From the human T2T-CHM13v2.0 reference genome, Homo sapiens, in NCBI RefSeq assembly GCF_009914755.1, contig NC_060942.1: a DNA stretch of 64,000 nt; one strand, written 5' to 3'. The position numbers and the translations under genes are program-made. This document shows, piece by piece, positions 49,421-61,939 of the stretch (positions are counted from its first letter, which is position 1; every line of letters starts with the position of its first letter). The notes below the pieces were generated by a model. The model saw nothing but the letters and a program-made list of their open reading frames with translations, ran no database searches and had not been told where the DNA came from.

Positions 49421-51331
49421 CCAGGAAACTCTGCACAACAGCGTGACTCCAGGACACTCATGTTTGCGATGGTTGTCACAACTGTGCTTCACTTGGTACG
49501 TGTATGTGTTTCCTTAGACCAGTCTGTTCAAGTTCACTAATTGGCACAAAATCATAGTTAATAAAAGGGACTACTTGTATTGATAAACAAACGCACGCTG
49601 ACTTTGAGAGGCCCCTCCGGCCCTCTCTGGATTTTTCCCGCTTCAATCAGCATACAAGGTGGTCCTGGGGGATTCTTGACCTTGGAGAGAAGACTCGAGA
49701 GCCCTCGTCGACCCAAGACGAAAGTATTGTTGGGAAAATCCCAGGAGGACTTGAAAAGCTATTTCTCCTCCTCGAATCAGAAGTCAACAGGGCTTTCCAG
49801 TAGCCTTTGTCAAGCTGAAGATAGTAATATATCTGACCGTCCAAGCAGATTGAGTAACTCATTAACTCAGACCTCACGTGGAATACAAGGCATCATGGAA
49901 GCCCCTCAGAATACGCCCTCCTTAGCCTGGAGCTGAGGATGCTGGGACACCGCCTCAGCCGCCACCTTGGTGTTTATTGTGAGCTGCATGGGTGACGACC
50001 CAGACAAATTCTGCATCCAGGAGGAAACATAAAAATAAAAGCTTGGGTTACTCCTCTTTTTTTATGGAATTTTCTCTTCTGTATATCACTCTCTTAAGTG
50101 CGTTCTTCAAAACTTGAAAGGCCCTAGTGTTTTTTTCTGAGGAGCTGACAGTCACAACTTTAGTTTGTTTGACCATAAAGTAGCAAAGTTTTACAACATA
50201 CAAAAAATACAGTAGTACCATATGACACTGTCAATATCATTTATAGCACAATTTTACACACAGGCACGAGTGTCATAAAAGAGAAATAACTTCTATCAAC
50301 TGCCCTAAAATGACTTATGTCATAAATAAGTTGGATTTCTGAAAGAAAACCAATAAAGTCCTAGCAAATACAATTTTTCCCACTAAATAATCACCCTGAC
50401 CTCTTCCTGTTGTATTAGCCCCCTAAAAAAACACGGGTCTTGGGAAGAAACAGTAAAATGAGTCCATTCTTGATAAGGTAAACCTCAGTCTCTTTTCTCA
50501 AAAGGGATTGGGAAAAACGATTGTCAACATGGATCCGTTGTTAGAGACTTAAATGACGGAAGCTCATTAGAATGGTGATTTTTTAATTCTTTCTATAATT
50601 AGGCATCCACAAAACACTGAGCCAGCTGCATTTTCGTCTCTTCTCCACAAGCTGATGGAGGGTCCTCACCCTGCACCCAGCCGAGCCCCTGTGTTCACTT
50701 GTCCTGGTTCACAAACACGCACACACAGGCACACACATGCAAGCACATCAGCCTTCAGACCCCCTTTCCCTGCCCAGTTGCTGGGTGACTGAGAAGTCGC
50801 TGAAGCTGAGTTCTTCCTCAGGGACCCGGTCTGGCTGTGTGGTCATTGCATGTGATGGCAGGGTCTGGACTGGTCCATGAGTAGCTGCCCCCTGACACCT
50901 GGGAGGCACCTGCCAGTGACGAGGGAGGCTGGGGCTCTTCCTGGATCCTCCAACGCTTTGATGGTGAGTGTGTTGTCTACGTGCATTCAGGCACAAAAAT
51001 GCGAAGGAGTCATGCTGGTAGCCTCGCCCACAGGCCTCCTAAATCAATATTAACCATGACCAGCCAAGCATCATGCTGTTTCTATAATTCTCCTACGATA
51101 ATCCAGTGCCAGTACATATGTGAATTTGAAGTTATATCTTATATACGTATATAATGTGTCATATGGGAAATATTTGAAAATGCAATAATTATTAGAAAAA
51201 TTGACAAAAACTTCCAGAATTAGTGATTGATATGCATTTCCTTACAAGAGAAACATAAAACCCCTCATTTCTTCATTCAAGATGTGTTAACTTGTTAAGA
51301 TGTGTGAATGCATGTTAATTTGTTAAATTAA

Positions 51332-52302
51332 GAAGTTATCAACAGTGTAAAGAGATAGCCTACAGAACGGGAGAAAATATTTACAAACTATGTATCCAAT
51401 GAATGTCTAATATCCAGAATCGATGAGGAACTTAAGCAGAAAACAAACAACTCCATTAAAAAAATGGGCAAAGGACATGAACATGTACATCTCAAAGAAG
51501 ACATCCACATGGCCAATAAGCATATGAGAAAGATGCTCAATCTCCCTAATCATTAGATAAATGCAAATCAAAACTACAACAACATACCTTCTCACACCGG
51601 TCAGAATGGCTATTACTACAAAGCCAAAAAATAGCATATACTGGCAAGATTGCAGAGAAAAGGGAACACCTATCCACTGCTGGTGGGAATGCAAATTAGC
51701 TCAGCGACTGTGGAAAGCAGTTTGGAGATTTCTCAAAGAACCTAAAATAGAGCTGCTGTTCGACCCAGCCATTTCATTACTGGGCATATACCCAAAGGAA
51801 TATAAATTATTCTGCCACAAAGACACGTGCACACATATGTTCATCACAGCACTATTCACAAAAGGAAAGACAGGGAATCAACCTACATGCCCATCAATGA
51901 TGGACTGGATACAGAAAATGTGGTACAATACACCCTGGAATACTATGCAGCCATAAAAAATGAGATCATGGCCTTTGCAGCAACATGAATAAAACTGGAG
52001 GCCATTATCCTAAGTGAATCAGCACAGAAACAGAAAACCACATACAACATATTCTCATTTATCTGTGGGAGCTAGACATTGAGTACACATGGACACAGAG
52101 AAAGGAACAACAGACATGGGGGCCTGTTTGAGGGTGACAGGTGGAAGAAGGCTGAGGATTGAAAAACTACCTGCTGCATATTCTACTAACTACCTGAGTG
52201 ACAAAACCATCTGTACACCAAATCCCCACAGCATGCAATGTAGTCATGGAACAAACTTGAAGCTATGCCCTGAACCTAAAATAAAAGTTAGAAAAAAAAA
52301 AG
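51332..52302 (+). mobile_element. 5'-truncated L1PA15/16-like LINE (ORF2 C-terminus + 3' UTR)
   Basis: ORF 51561-51956 (MQIKTTTTYLLTPVRMA...HCWWECKL...DPAISLLGIYP) is the L1 ORF2p C-terminal cysteine-rich region. 3' UTR gaggattgaaaaactacct...ccctgaacctaaaataaaagtt. Confidence 0.93.
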
Positions 52303-53330
52303 AAAATTAACTGGATTGATGCTTAGAGCCAGAACATTTTTTTTAAAAAGAAATTAAATTAGATTTCTTAATTTAAGACGTGAATATCACATATTTCTAT
52401 TGTCCTGGTCTGGACAAGTGTGGGAAAGATGGGTTTAAAGAGAATCACCCTGCTAAGTCAGTTATATTTTGTATTTATTTTTAAATCTATTTTATGTTTG
52501 ATTTTATAAGAACTATTTTTGTTAGACTTTTTTATTATGAAAAGTGTCTGTTTCATTAAGTATAAAACATGAATAAGAGCCCGGGAATGCGCACTGAGGT
52601 CTTGTATCTTCCTCCAACTTGCTACACTTTGTCTTTATCCACAATAACAAATGTAATAATAAAAGTGTGATAAGGTTCACAGAGGTAAGGATATAAAGGT
52701 GTGAGTATATGTTGTTTTATATTCGCCAGCTTAGTTTACTTCTCAGATCACTTTTTAGTTCAAATGTATAAATATTGAGAGAAGAGATTCTTGGAGATTT
52801 TACTTCAGGGTCTCCTGCCTTACGAGGAAAGGTCTCAAAAGCATACGCCTCCCATCTTAACTCCTGAATTCAGAGAGTGCAGAGGGAACTCCAAGCCAAC
52901 TTCCATCATGTTGGGGGATCATGACTTTAGAAGATCCTTGCAACATTATGAGAAATTCACTAACAGGATTGGAAGAGGCATTTCATGTTAAATCTAAAAT
53001 CACAGCTTTTGTTGTCAACACTTGGCCTACATTTGAAAACATGGAAACTGCCCTGCTGAGCGGAGACCATTTGACATCCTCAAGCAGGGCACTGGGGGTC
53101 ACTGAGTGAGTGTAACCTCTTCGTCCTTCCTGTCCACAGTGGGCACGTGGGAAATGGCTACCAAATAAACGCATGAACTGGGATAAAAGTCTTAGGAATA
53201 TTTTCTCTTACTTGAAATAAATCGTTTTTAGCATTGAGAAAACCAAGCAACTTCAGGATGAAAAAAATAAACACTAAACTCAGCAGGCCTGTGTGTCACT
53301 CTGGTAGGCTGGCAATTTAAATACTGCACA

Positions 53331-53429
53331 TCAATCCAGCCATCAGTGTGCAGCTCTACTTTGAAAGTGATGGCGTTTGTCAATGCAGCCATCAATGTGC
53401 CGCTCTACTTTGAAAGTGATGGCGTTTGT
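53331..53429 (+). repeat. 49-bp tandem duplication (2 copies)
   Basis: tcaatccagccatcagtgtgcagctctactttgaaagtgatggcgtttg twice, 3 mismatches. Confidence 0.93.
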
Positions 53430-53761
53430 GATGGCTGGTTTTGTCCGTGAAAGAGAGAGTGAGCACGTTTTGGCAAAGCTTCCTGAAGGTTTCTGCTGTG
53501 GGTTTGCCTTGGCACCACAAAGCAAACGTTACATCTTTCCTGCTTATTTACCTGCAGCTGAATGAAAAGGAGCACTAAAGTACAACATCCCCCAAAAGAA
53601 AGGATCCTGTGATTTGGGATAAGGTAATATATTTTTCTTGAATCTGCATTTGTGTACACACAGTTAATTTTGTAATTTTTTTATTTACTTATGTATTTCA
53701 CAAAGCAAAGATGACCAGAAACCATATTCTCATCCTGCTGAATTGTAAAGATTTCACATAA

Positions 53762-54076
53762 TTTTGTTTTTTTTGTTTTTTGTTTTTTGTTTTGAGACTG
53801 AGTCTCGCATTTGTCACCCAGCCTGGAGTGAAATGGTGCAATCTCAGCTCACTGCAACCTCTGCCTCCTGGGTTCTAGCAATTCTCCTGCCTCAGCCTCC
53901 TGAGTAGCTGGGATTACAGGTGTGCACCACCCCATCTGGCTAATTTTTGTATTTGTAGTAGAGATGGGGTTTCACCATGTTGGCCAAGCTTGTCTGGCAC
54001 TCCTGACCTCAGGTGATCCACCCACCTCAGGCTCCCAAAGTGCTGGGATTACAGGCGTAAGCCACCTCGCCCGGCC
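53762..54076 (-). mobile_element. AluSx-like SINE
   Basis: Antisense dimer (tgacctcaggtgatccacccacc). TSD core atttcacata at 53751-53760 and 54080-54089. Confidence 0.95.
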
Positions 54077-54173
54077 ATAATTTCACATAGTTTAAGTCAT
54101 CAAATTAAAGTTAACAGTTATGTTGACAAGCCACTCTCAGATTCTTCTCTGGGCAGTATTGTCAAACTGCCAT

Positions 54174-54445
54174 GAGAGCAGTGGTGTGAGTGTCTTCACC
54201 GCAGTAACGAGAGCAGTGGTGTGAGTGTCTTCAGAGCAGTAACGAGAGCAGTGGTGTGAGTGTCTACACAGCAGTAACGAGAGCAGTGGTGTGAGTGTCT
54301 TCACAGCAGTAAGGAGAGCAGTGGTGTGAGTGTCTTCACACCAGTAACGAGAGCAGTGGTGTGTCTTCACACCAGTAACGAGAGCAGTGGTGTGAGTGTC
54401 TTCACAGCAGCAACGACAGCAGTGGCGTGTGTGTCTTCACGGCAG
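54174..54445 (+). repeat. Minisatellite, 35-bp unit gagagcagtggtgtgagtgtcttcacagcagtaac, ~8 copies
   Basis: Direct reading. Confidence 0.96.
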
Positions 54446-54799
54446 CCTGCTGCTCACGTGCTTGCGGCAGTGTCGGCCACTGAAATGATTGTTCATCCTG
54501 TCTGTCACGTGATGCCTTGCTTTGAAGGGTATCAGCACTGTCGAATTTACATTGTGTCCTCACGGTGTTTCCCTCTGGCATTACACAATTCTGTGCATAC
54601 TGAAAAGACCCGCATGCCTATTGCTATGCTTACACAGTTTGCTTCAACTTTATTATACATTGTCAGATAACACAGAAATGGATATGTAGTATTTCACGGT
54701 CTAAAAAAATGATTAACAACTGGGAGGACATTTATTGCCATCAAAAGTAAACCTCCTTGGCTAGAAAAAAGAAAAGAAATGGACTCTCCTTTGATGTCT

Positions 54800-55999
54800 C
54801 CAGGTGACTTTGCGTAAGTGTTTTCAGCACAGGACTTTCCTCTCATCTGCTACCCAGGCTGAATCAGACGTGGACTTCCACCTGCCACCATGTGGACGTA
54901 AGTTAATGTAAGGACGCTCCCACTGCAAACCTCATACACACTGGATAGAGCAGCACCAACACACTTTCAACAAGCGATGCCATGTGCGTAAAACAGGGCG
55001 AGTGTCGAGAAATAAACTGGCTGTTGAAATCCTGCACAGGGAGCTTGTGAGTTAGCTCTGCACCGGTCCTGGGGAGGGTATGAGAGGTTGCCCAGAGAAG
55101 CTGGGAGATGCTGACCTGAGCACTCACGAGTCAAGGAAGTGGAACGGGGGCCCCAAAGAAACAAGAAATAAAACCTGTCTGTTCAGTACAGGGAGAGAAT
55201 ATTTTGGGGGATTGGTAACCACAGTCTGAACCACACGTAGCTTTGGGGGTCAAGTTTGTAACACACGTAGTCTGAACCCCCCACCCCATGTTAATGAGTT
55301 GACACAAATCATGGTGCCTGGCTGATTCAACGATCTGAGCACTTGGAGAGACTCTCTGAATCCGAGTCTCACGCATGACCCACAGCTCATATGTCGTGGA
55401 AGAAGAGCTCATTGTCAAATACTGTGAGGCTCCAGAGGAAGCGGTCTAGGAAGAATGAAGTCAGCTGACTCAATCACTGGAAGGGTTACAGCCTCCTCCC
55501 CGACAACCCGTGAGAATGGATAGAAATGAAGGAGTCATATGAATATTGAGGAAATAGCGAGGCAGTAGTCAATATTTCCACAGAGGAGCTTGATGCCCAG
55601 CTCTACAAGAAGGAACAGCTGAGGAGGCCCACTTACTGCCACCCTTAGGGCCAGGACAAAGGGAAGAGGGTGGGGTCATCAGAGCCTCAGAGTTTGGAGG
55701 AGGGACCACGTGGAGCAACCCTCAGGCCTGCGTCCAATCTGTCTGTCCAACACAGGACTGTTGGGCAATGCACTCTGGCACCGGCCCAGCAGTGCAAAGC
55801 CCAGGTGACTTTGAGTAAGTGTTTTCAGCAGTTTGAGTAAGGTTTGTAGTGGGAGCATCCTTCATTACCTTACGTCCACGTGGTGGCAGGTGGAAGTCAG
55901 CGTCTGATTCAGCCTGTGCAGCAGATGAAAGTCCTGTGCTGAAAACATTTACTCAAAGTCACCTGGGCTTTGAGCTGCTGGGCCCATGCCGGAGTGCAT
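54800..55999. repeat. Nested inverted duplication (144-bp arm pair plus 63-bp arm pair)
   Basis: 54800-54943 is the reverse complement of 55829-55966; 55768-55830 is the reverse complement of 55937-55999. Confidence 0.93.
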
Positions 56000-56239
56000 G
56001 GGTCTGGCCTGGGAAGGCTGGGAGGGCTAGAGGCTGGGCAAGCGGCTGGAGCCACCCTGGAAGCCACAGCTTGCAGATGGAGGAGCACGCCCACCCCTCC
56101 TGCAGCTCCTCAATCTCTCCAGGGTTCCTGCCGGAAGACTGCTGCCACAGAAGATGTAACTTTAAACTCTAGCGTCCCAGAGTAGAATATAAAGAGTGGG
56201 TTGGAGCTGAGATACCATAGGTATGTGTCTCACACATCA

Positions 56240-58131
56240 TGAACGAGACAGTGGGAAACAGGGATAGAATAAAAATGCCCAATGAACAAAGCATGTGATT
56301 TCTAGAAAAGAAGATGAGAGACCCCAGAAGAGACACTATTTAAAATAAGATGAAGGCTAAGAATGCATTTTGAAATGATGAAAGACAGCAAATCCCTTCA
56401 TCACAAGCAGAACAAACAAAAATAAATCTACTCTTAGACATGTCTGTCACATGGATGCCACAGAACTCCAGAGACAGAGAAGGTCCTTAAAAGCAGCATG
56501 AGAGAAAAGGTGATTTCCAGGAAGGGAACAGTATTTAACAGGAAGCTGACTTCTCAAAAGCAATGGCTGAAGCCGGAGACAGGTTATTAGTATTTCCAAA
56601 GTGGTAAGGAAAATTCACCCCGAGCCTGGAATAGGCTACTCAGCTAAATTATTATTAACAGGTGAGGGTGAAAAATTGTATTTCCAGGAAACAGCAATGA
56701 CCATATAAGTAGCCGACATTCCCAAAGCACTCCGTATGCACAGATTCTGCTCCAGATGTTTACATGGAGCACGCCTTCCATTCACAGGAAAGGAACCACT
56801 CTCATCCCCACTTTACGGATGACAAAATCTAAGTATAAAAGCCTAAATAATTTTCCAAAGTTTACGGATCTAATAGGACTAAGATGTTTACTACTAACAC
56901 CCAATGAAGACAACTCCCAAAGGATTTATCATAGAGAAGGAAACTGATTTCAGAGAAATAAAATAGGATGATAAAGAAAGGAATAATGATCAAGAAAATG
57001 TGCAAGTAGATGAGTTCATCTTGGTAAGCTCTAACTACATAAAACAATGTTGGTAACAATGATGATGACTGTTTGGAGAGTATAAACACAGGTAGAACTC
57101 AAATACTAGATAATAAGATTTAGTACAAGAGAACGATCAGAATTAGAGAATTTGGAGGTTAAGTATTGAGAGAGGAGGTGGAGCTATTGCTTATATTTAA
57201 ACCTGGTTGGGTCAAGAATATTTTTAAATATTTAAGGTAAACCACTAGACAAATAAAGATATAATGTATAACTACATTATACATGGAATAGTAGGTAAGA
57301 AATTCTAATTATATAAAAAGCTTGTGAGTTATTTCAATATTACACAATAGACCTCAATATTAAAAATGGTTACTATTGAATGATAAATGGAACACTTCAC
57401 TAAGAAGATATAATCATTCTAGTTTCCTTTACCTTGTAATAGCTTCTAATACATAAAGAAAAGTAACAGATACAAAGAAACATTGAAACCTCTATAATCA
57501 CAGTAGTATAATTTATCATTCTTTTGTTGATAACTGATAGGTGTAATAGACCCAAAAAATGGTGTATCTAGAGGAGACTTCAACAAAACATTTATCAGAC
57601 TTGATTTAATGGACATGCCTAAAGCATTGTACTCAACAATTGAAAAAATGCACAATCTTTTCAGGCATACATAGAATATTTATAAAATTGATTATGTACT
57701 TGGCCAAAGAATTGATAAAATACAAAGCACATTCTACCAAACAATCTAATAAATCAAAAATTAAAAATGTCATTTATTTGGAATTTAAAAATTCACTTGT
57801 AAGTAACTTAGAAGCACCACAGCAATAAGAAAGATCATGGTGGAAATTAGAAAACACTTAGAATAGAATGACAGTGAACATTTAACCAAAACTTTTTATA
57901 TGTACCTAAAGCAGTACTGAAAGGGAAACGTAGCTATGGAAGTTTATTTCAGGAGTCTGTAGCCCAGTGTACAACTCAAGCCATAGAAACCTCATCACAG
58001 GAAAAATAAAGGCAAAGAAAGTGGAAGGTAAGCAGTACGGTAGCTCAGAATAAAACTCAGTGAAATGGAAAACAAACAAAAATCAAGAATGATAAATTTA
58101 TCCTTTGCATCATTAAATTATCACACCTCGT
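56240..58131 (+). mobile_element. Ancient L1ME-type LINE (ORF1 into ORF2), left part
   Basis: agagaaggtccttaaaagcagcatgagagaaaagg...gctgacttctcaaaagcaatggctgaagccggagacagg; ggaaattagaaaacacttagaatagaatgacagtgaac. Confidence 0.8.
56695..56875 (-). mobile_element. MIR within the old L1
   Basis: ctcatccccactttacggatgacaaaatctaagtataaaagcctaaataattttccaaag. Confidence 0.6.
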
Positions 58132-58147
58132 AAAAGATTGATCAAGG

Positions 58148-59349
58148 TTCTGGATATTAGACCTTTGTCAGATGGTAGATTGCAAAAGTTTTCTCCCATT
58201 CTGCAGGTTGCCTGTTCACTCTGATGATAGTTTCTTTTGCTATGCAGATGCTCTTTAGTTTAATTAGATCCCATTTGTCAATTTTGGCTTTTGTTGACAT
58301 TGCTTTTGGCATTTTCGTCTATGCCTATGTCCTGAGTGGTATTGCCTAGGTTTTATTCTAGGGTTTTCATAATTTTGGGTTTCACATTGAAGTCTTTAAT
58401 TCATCTTGAGTTAATTTTTGTATAAGGTGTAAGGAACTTAAACAAATTTACAAGAAAAAACAAACAACCCCATTTGAAAGGGGGCAAAGTATATGAAAAG
58501 ACGCTTCTCAAAAGAAGACATTTACATGGCCAACAAACATATGCAAAAAAGCTCAACATGACTGATCATTAGAGAAATGCAAATCAAAACCACAACAAGA
58601 TAACATCTCACGTGAGTTAGAATGGTGGTTATTAAAAAGTCAAGAACCAATAGATGCTGGTGAGGCTGTAGAGAAATAGGAATGCTTTTACACTGTTGGT
58701 GGGAATGTAAATTACTTCAATCATTGTGGAAGACACTGTGACAATTCCTCAAGGATCTAAAACCCAAATACCATTTGACCCAGCAATCCCATTACTGAGT
58801 GTATACCCAAAGGAACATAAATCATTCTACTATAAAGACACATGCACAGCTATGTTTATTGCAGCACTAATTGCAATAGCAAAGAGATGGAACCAACCCA
58901 AATGCCCATTAATGATAGACTGGATACAGAAAATGTGGTACATATACACCATGGAATACTATGCAGCCATAAAAAAGAATGAGATCATGTCCTTTGCAGG
59001 GACATGGATAAAGCTGGAAGGCATCATTCCCAGAAAACTAACACAGTAACAGAAAACCAAACACCACATGTTCTCACTCATAAGTGGGAATTGAACAATG
59101 AGAACACATGGACAAAGGGAGGGGAACAACACACACTCGGGCCTGTCATGGGGTTGGGGGAGAGGGGAGGGATGGCACCATGACAAATAGCTAATGCATA
59201 TGGGGCCGAAACCTAGATGACTGGTTGATAGATGCAGCAAACCACCATGGCACATGTATACCTATGTAACAAACCTGCACGTTCTGTGCATGTATCCTAG
59301 AACTTAAAGTAAAAAAAAAAAAAGATATTTTTAATAAGAAAAAAAAAAA
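58148..59349 (+). mobile_element. L1PA8-like LINE, 5'-truncated with 5' inversion (58148-58435 antisense, 58431-59349 sense)
   Basis: 3' UTR caaatagctaatgcat...acctagatgactggttgatagatgcagcaaaccaccatggcac. ORF 58726-59049 is the ORF2p C-terminus. 16-bp TSD aaaagattgatcaagg (58132-58147) / aaaagatggatcaagg (59350-59365). Confidence 0.95.
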
Positions 59350-59365
59350 AAAAGATGGATCAAGG

Positions 59366-61640
59366 AAGAAAAGAAAGCATAGAAAAACCACTGTTAGGTA
59401 TGAAACACAGACACACACACATACACACACACACGCGCTGACAGCAGAGGTTTGATCCATTATAAGGGAATAAAATACATACTTGTATGTCAAGAAATCT
59501 GAAAGTTTAGATTAAAAAGGCAATACCTAATAAATCTGTAACTTCGTACACAATTGAGAACAATTACAAAATTTAATTGGATTTAAAAATCATTACAAAA
59601 ATAACATTTTCTATTAAAAATCTACCACCAAAACAACAAAACCCCCAATAAAATAAACACACACATAGCAAAAACCAACCAGCTACTCAGAAAGTCTTAC
59701 AGAGGACTTCTACCAAATATTCAAGATACAGATTATGCAAATCTACATCTCTCTGTCTCAGAGAATGGGAAAGGGGGATTCCTTAGCTCATTTTATGCAG
59801 TCAGTGTAACCTTTATGCCAAACTCATTCAAAAACAGGATGACAGAGGGAAACTATAGGCCAATGTTGATTAATAAACATAGATGCAGACATCCTAATTA
59901 AAATATCAATACATCCAGCTTGTTTTCTTTTAAAAAGTTACATCATGACCAAATTAGGTCCATTCCAGAGATGCAAGAATGGCTTAATATAAATAATCTA
60001 CTAATATAATTCACAACTCTGATAAATTAAAGGAGAAAAATCTAAAATTACCTATTGAGTTATACAAATAATTGTTAAAATTTAAACTTTGATCAAATTA
60101 ATCATGCAAAAAATAATGAAATATACAGAACTAGAGGAAAAATCCTCAGCCTAATAAATGTTAACTACCAACTTTAGTTAACTACCCTACACCAAGATTG
60201 CAATAAAGTTTTGGTAGTTAACATTTATTAGTTAATAAATGTAATTAGTTAATAGAGAAATATTTTCAGCATTCTCTTTAAAATCATACAAAATGAGATT
60301 AGTCATTATTATGACTTCAGTATGTGCTGGAGAAGGAAACCTGCTCACTAAGTAAAACAAAGAAAAGGTTTATGCACTGGAAAGAATGAAAAAAAGTGTT
60401 ATTTTGAGGTGATATGACACTCTAGGGTCAAGAGATTCTACAAACAAGTTATTAGAAATAAGTCAGGTGCAGTGGCTCATGCTTGTAATCCCAGCACTTT
60501 GGGAGGAGGCTGAGGTGAGCAGATCACTTGGGTCCAGGAGTTCAAGTCCAGCCTGGGCAACATGGTGAGATCCCCATCTCTACAAAAAATACAAAAAAGA
60601 AAAAGAAAAGTTAGTCAGGCATGGTGACACATGCCTGTAGTCCCAGGTACTCAGGGGTGCTGAGTCAGGAGGATTGCTTGAGCCTAGGACGTCGAGGCTT
60701 CAGTGAGCTATGATCATACCACTGCACTCCAACCTGGGTAACAAAGCGAGACTCTGTCTCGAATTTTTTTTACAAAAAGAAATAATAAGACAGTTCTGGA
60801 ACTGTAGTGCTATAAACCATCTATAAACAATTAAGAGGTCAACTTTAAAAGTCTAATTTACAGTAACATTATAATTAGGAAATAACTAAGAATAAATCAA
60901 AAATAGCTTTTTTAAGTAAAGCATTATTTGAAACATTACAATATCTGAACAAATGAAGAGACGCACGATGCTTCTTCATGGTGCCATATAGTGTATGTAC
61001 ATGTGCTGGAACCCCTAAAAAATATTCAGCAATATTCACTGCAGACCCATTATGTCCTGGTGTTCCAGGTGACGAAAATGCAGCTACAATCTATATCTTT
61101 TAGGAAAAACACCCCACATGTGCAACAGTCACCCCTACAAAATTATGCATAACATTATTTGCGATTATTTTTTAAGTACATTTCTATCAAAAGCAGAATC
61201 AATCAATGCTGTTAGATTTGTATGATGATGTACTACATAGGATTAAAAAGCAGTGAGTTCCAGCGCTACCTGCATCGACCTGGACAATTATCAGAAGTAC
61301 TGTAAAAACAGAACGTGGGTGAACTAATCACATTTATAAAAAATTTACAAACACTTAAAATCTTACTACATCATTAAGGGATATATAGATGTGTAGTGCA
61401 AAATTTATATTGTAGTTGGGACTCAGAATCACCGAAGTTCAGGAGAGGCTACTCTGGGGTGAAAGAATTAAAATTGAGGATGAGAACACACAGATATGCA
61501 ATTATCTGTTTTATTATCTGAAAAGTAAAAATAAAGATGGAAAGGAAAATATCACAAGAAAATATAGCAGAATATTATATTTAACAAAGCTGGAGTTGAT
61601 TATGTCCTATTATTTACTATACTTTTTTGTAAACTTGAAA
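59366..61640 (+). mobile_element. Ancient L1ME-type LINE, right part (ORF2 to 3' end)
   Basis: ttccttagctcattttatgcagtcagtgtaacctttatgccaaa; aaacatagatgcagacatcctaattaaaatat; catcatgaccaaattaggtccattccagagatgcaagaatggcttaat. Confidence 0.8.
60461..60778 (+). mobile_element. AluJ SINE
   Basis: J-type text gcctgggcaacatggtgaga and ggattgcttgagcctaggacgtcgaggcttcagtgagctatgatc. Confidence 0.93.
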
Positions 61641-61939
61641 CAATGTTTAATAAGGAGAAGGAAGGAAGGGAATGGAGATGAAGGGAAAGAGGAGTCATGG
61701 GGAGGGGGCCAAGGATGAGACTGAAGAGATAAAGTCAGGAACCAGATGGTACAATGACCCTCAGCACATGGTTCAGAAAGAAGAGTGTTTTATACTGCAG
61801 TTGATCCAGTGCTGAAAACCTCTCCATCACAGTGACTTGGGTTGCATTTTAGATTTTCTTAGTCATTTTCTTCTTCTACTTTACACCCATAAAGATCGGA
61901 GGCTTCTTTGAGGAGAGAACATTGATTTAAACTAGGCCT

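Noticed and set aside
51561-51956. 131 aa ORF with real protein similarity (likewise 58726-59049)
   Set aside because: Remnants of the L1 ORF2p C-terminus in truncated, inactive elements; not host genes.
55590-56235. Possible ancient LTR around the hairpin
   Set aside because: Some phrases look ERVL/MaLR-like but I cannot assign a family or boundaries, so it is not listed as a feature; needs a Dfam search.
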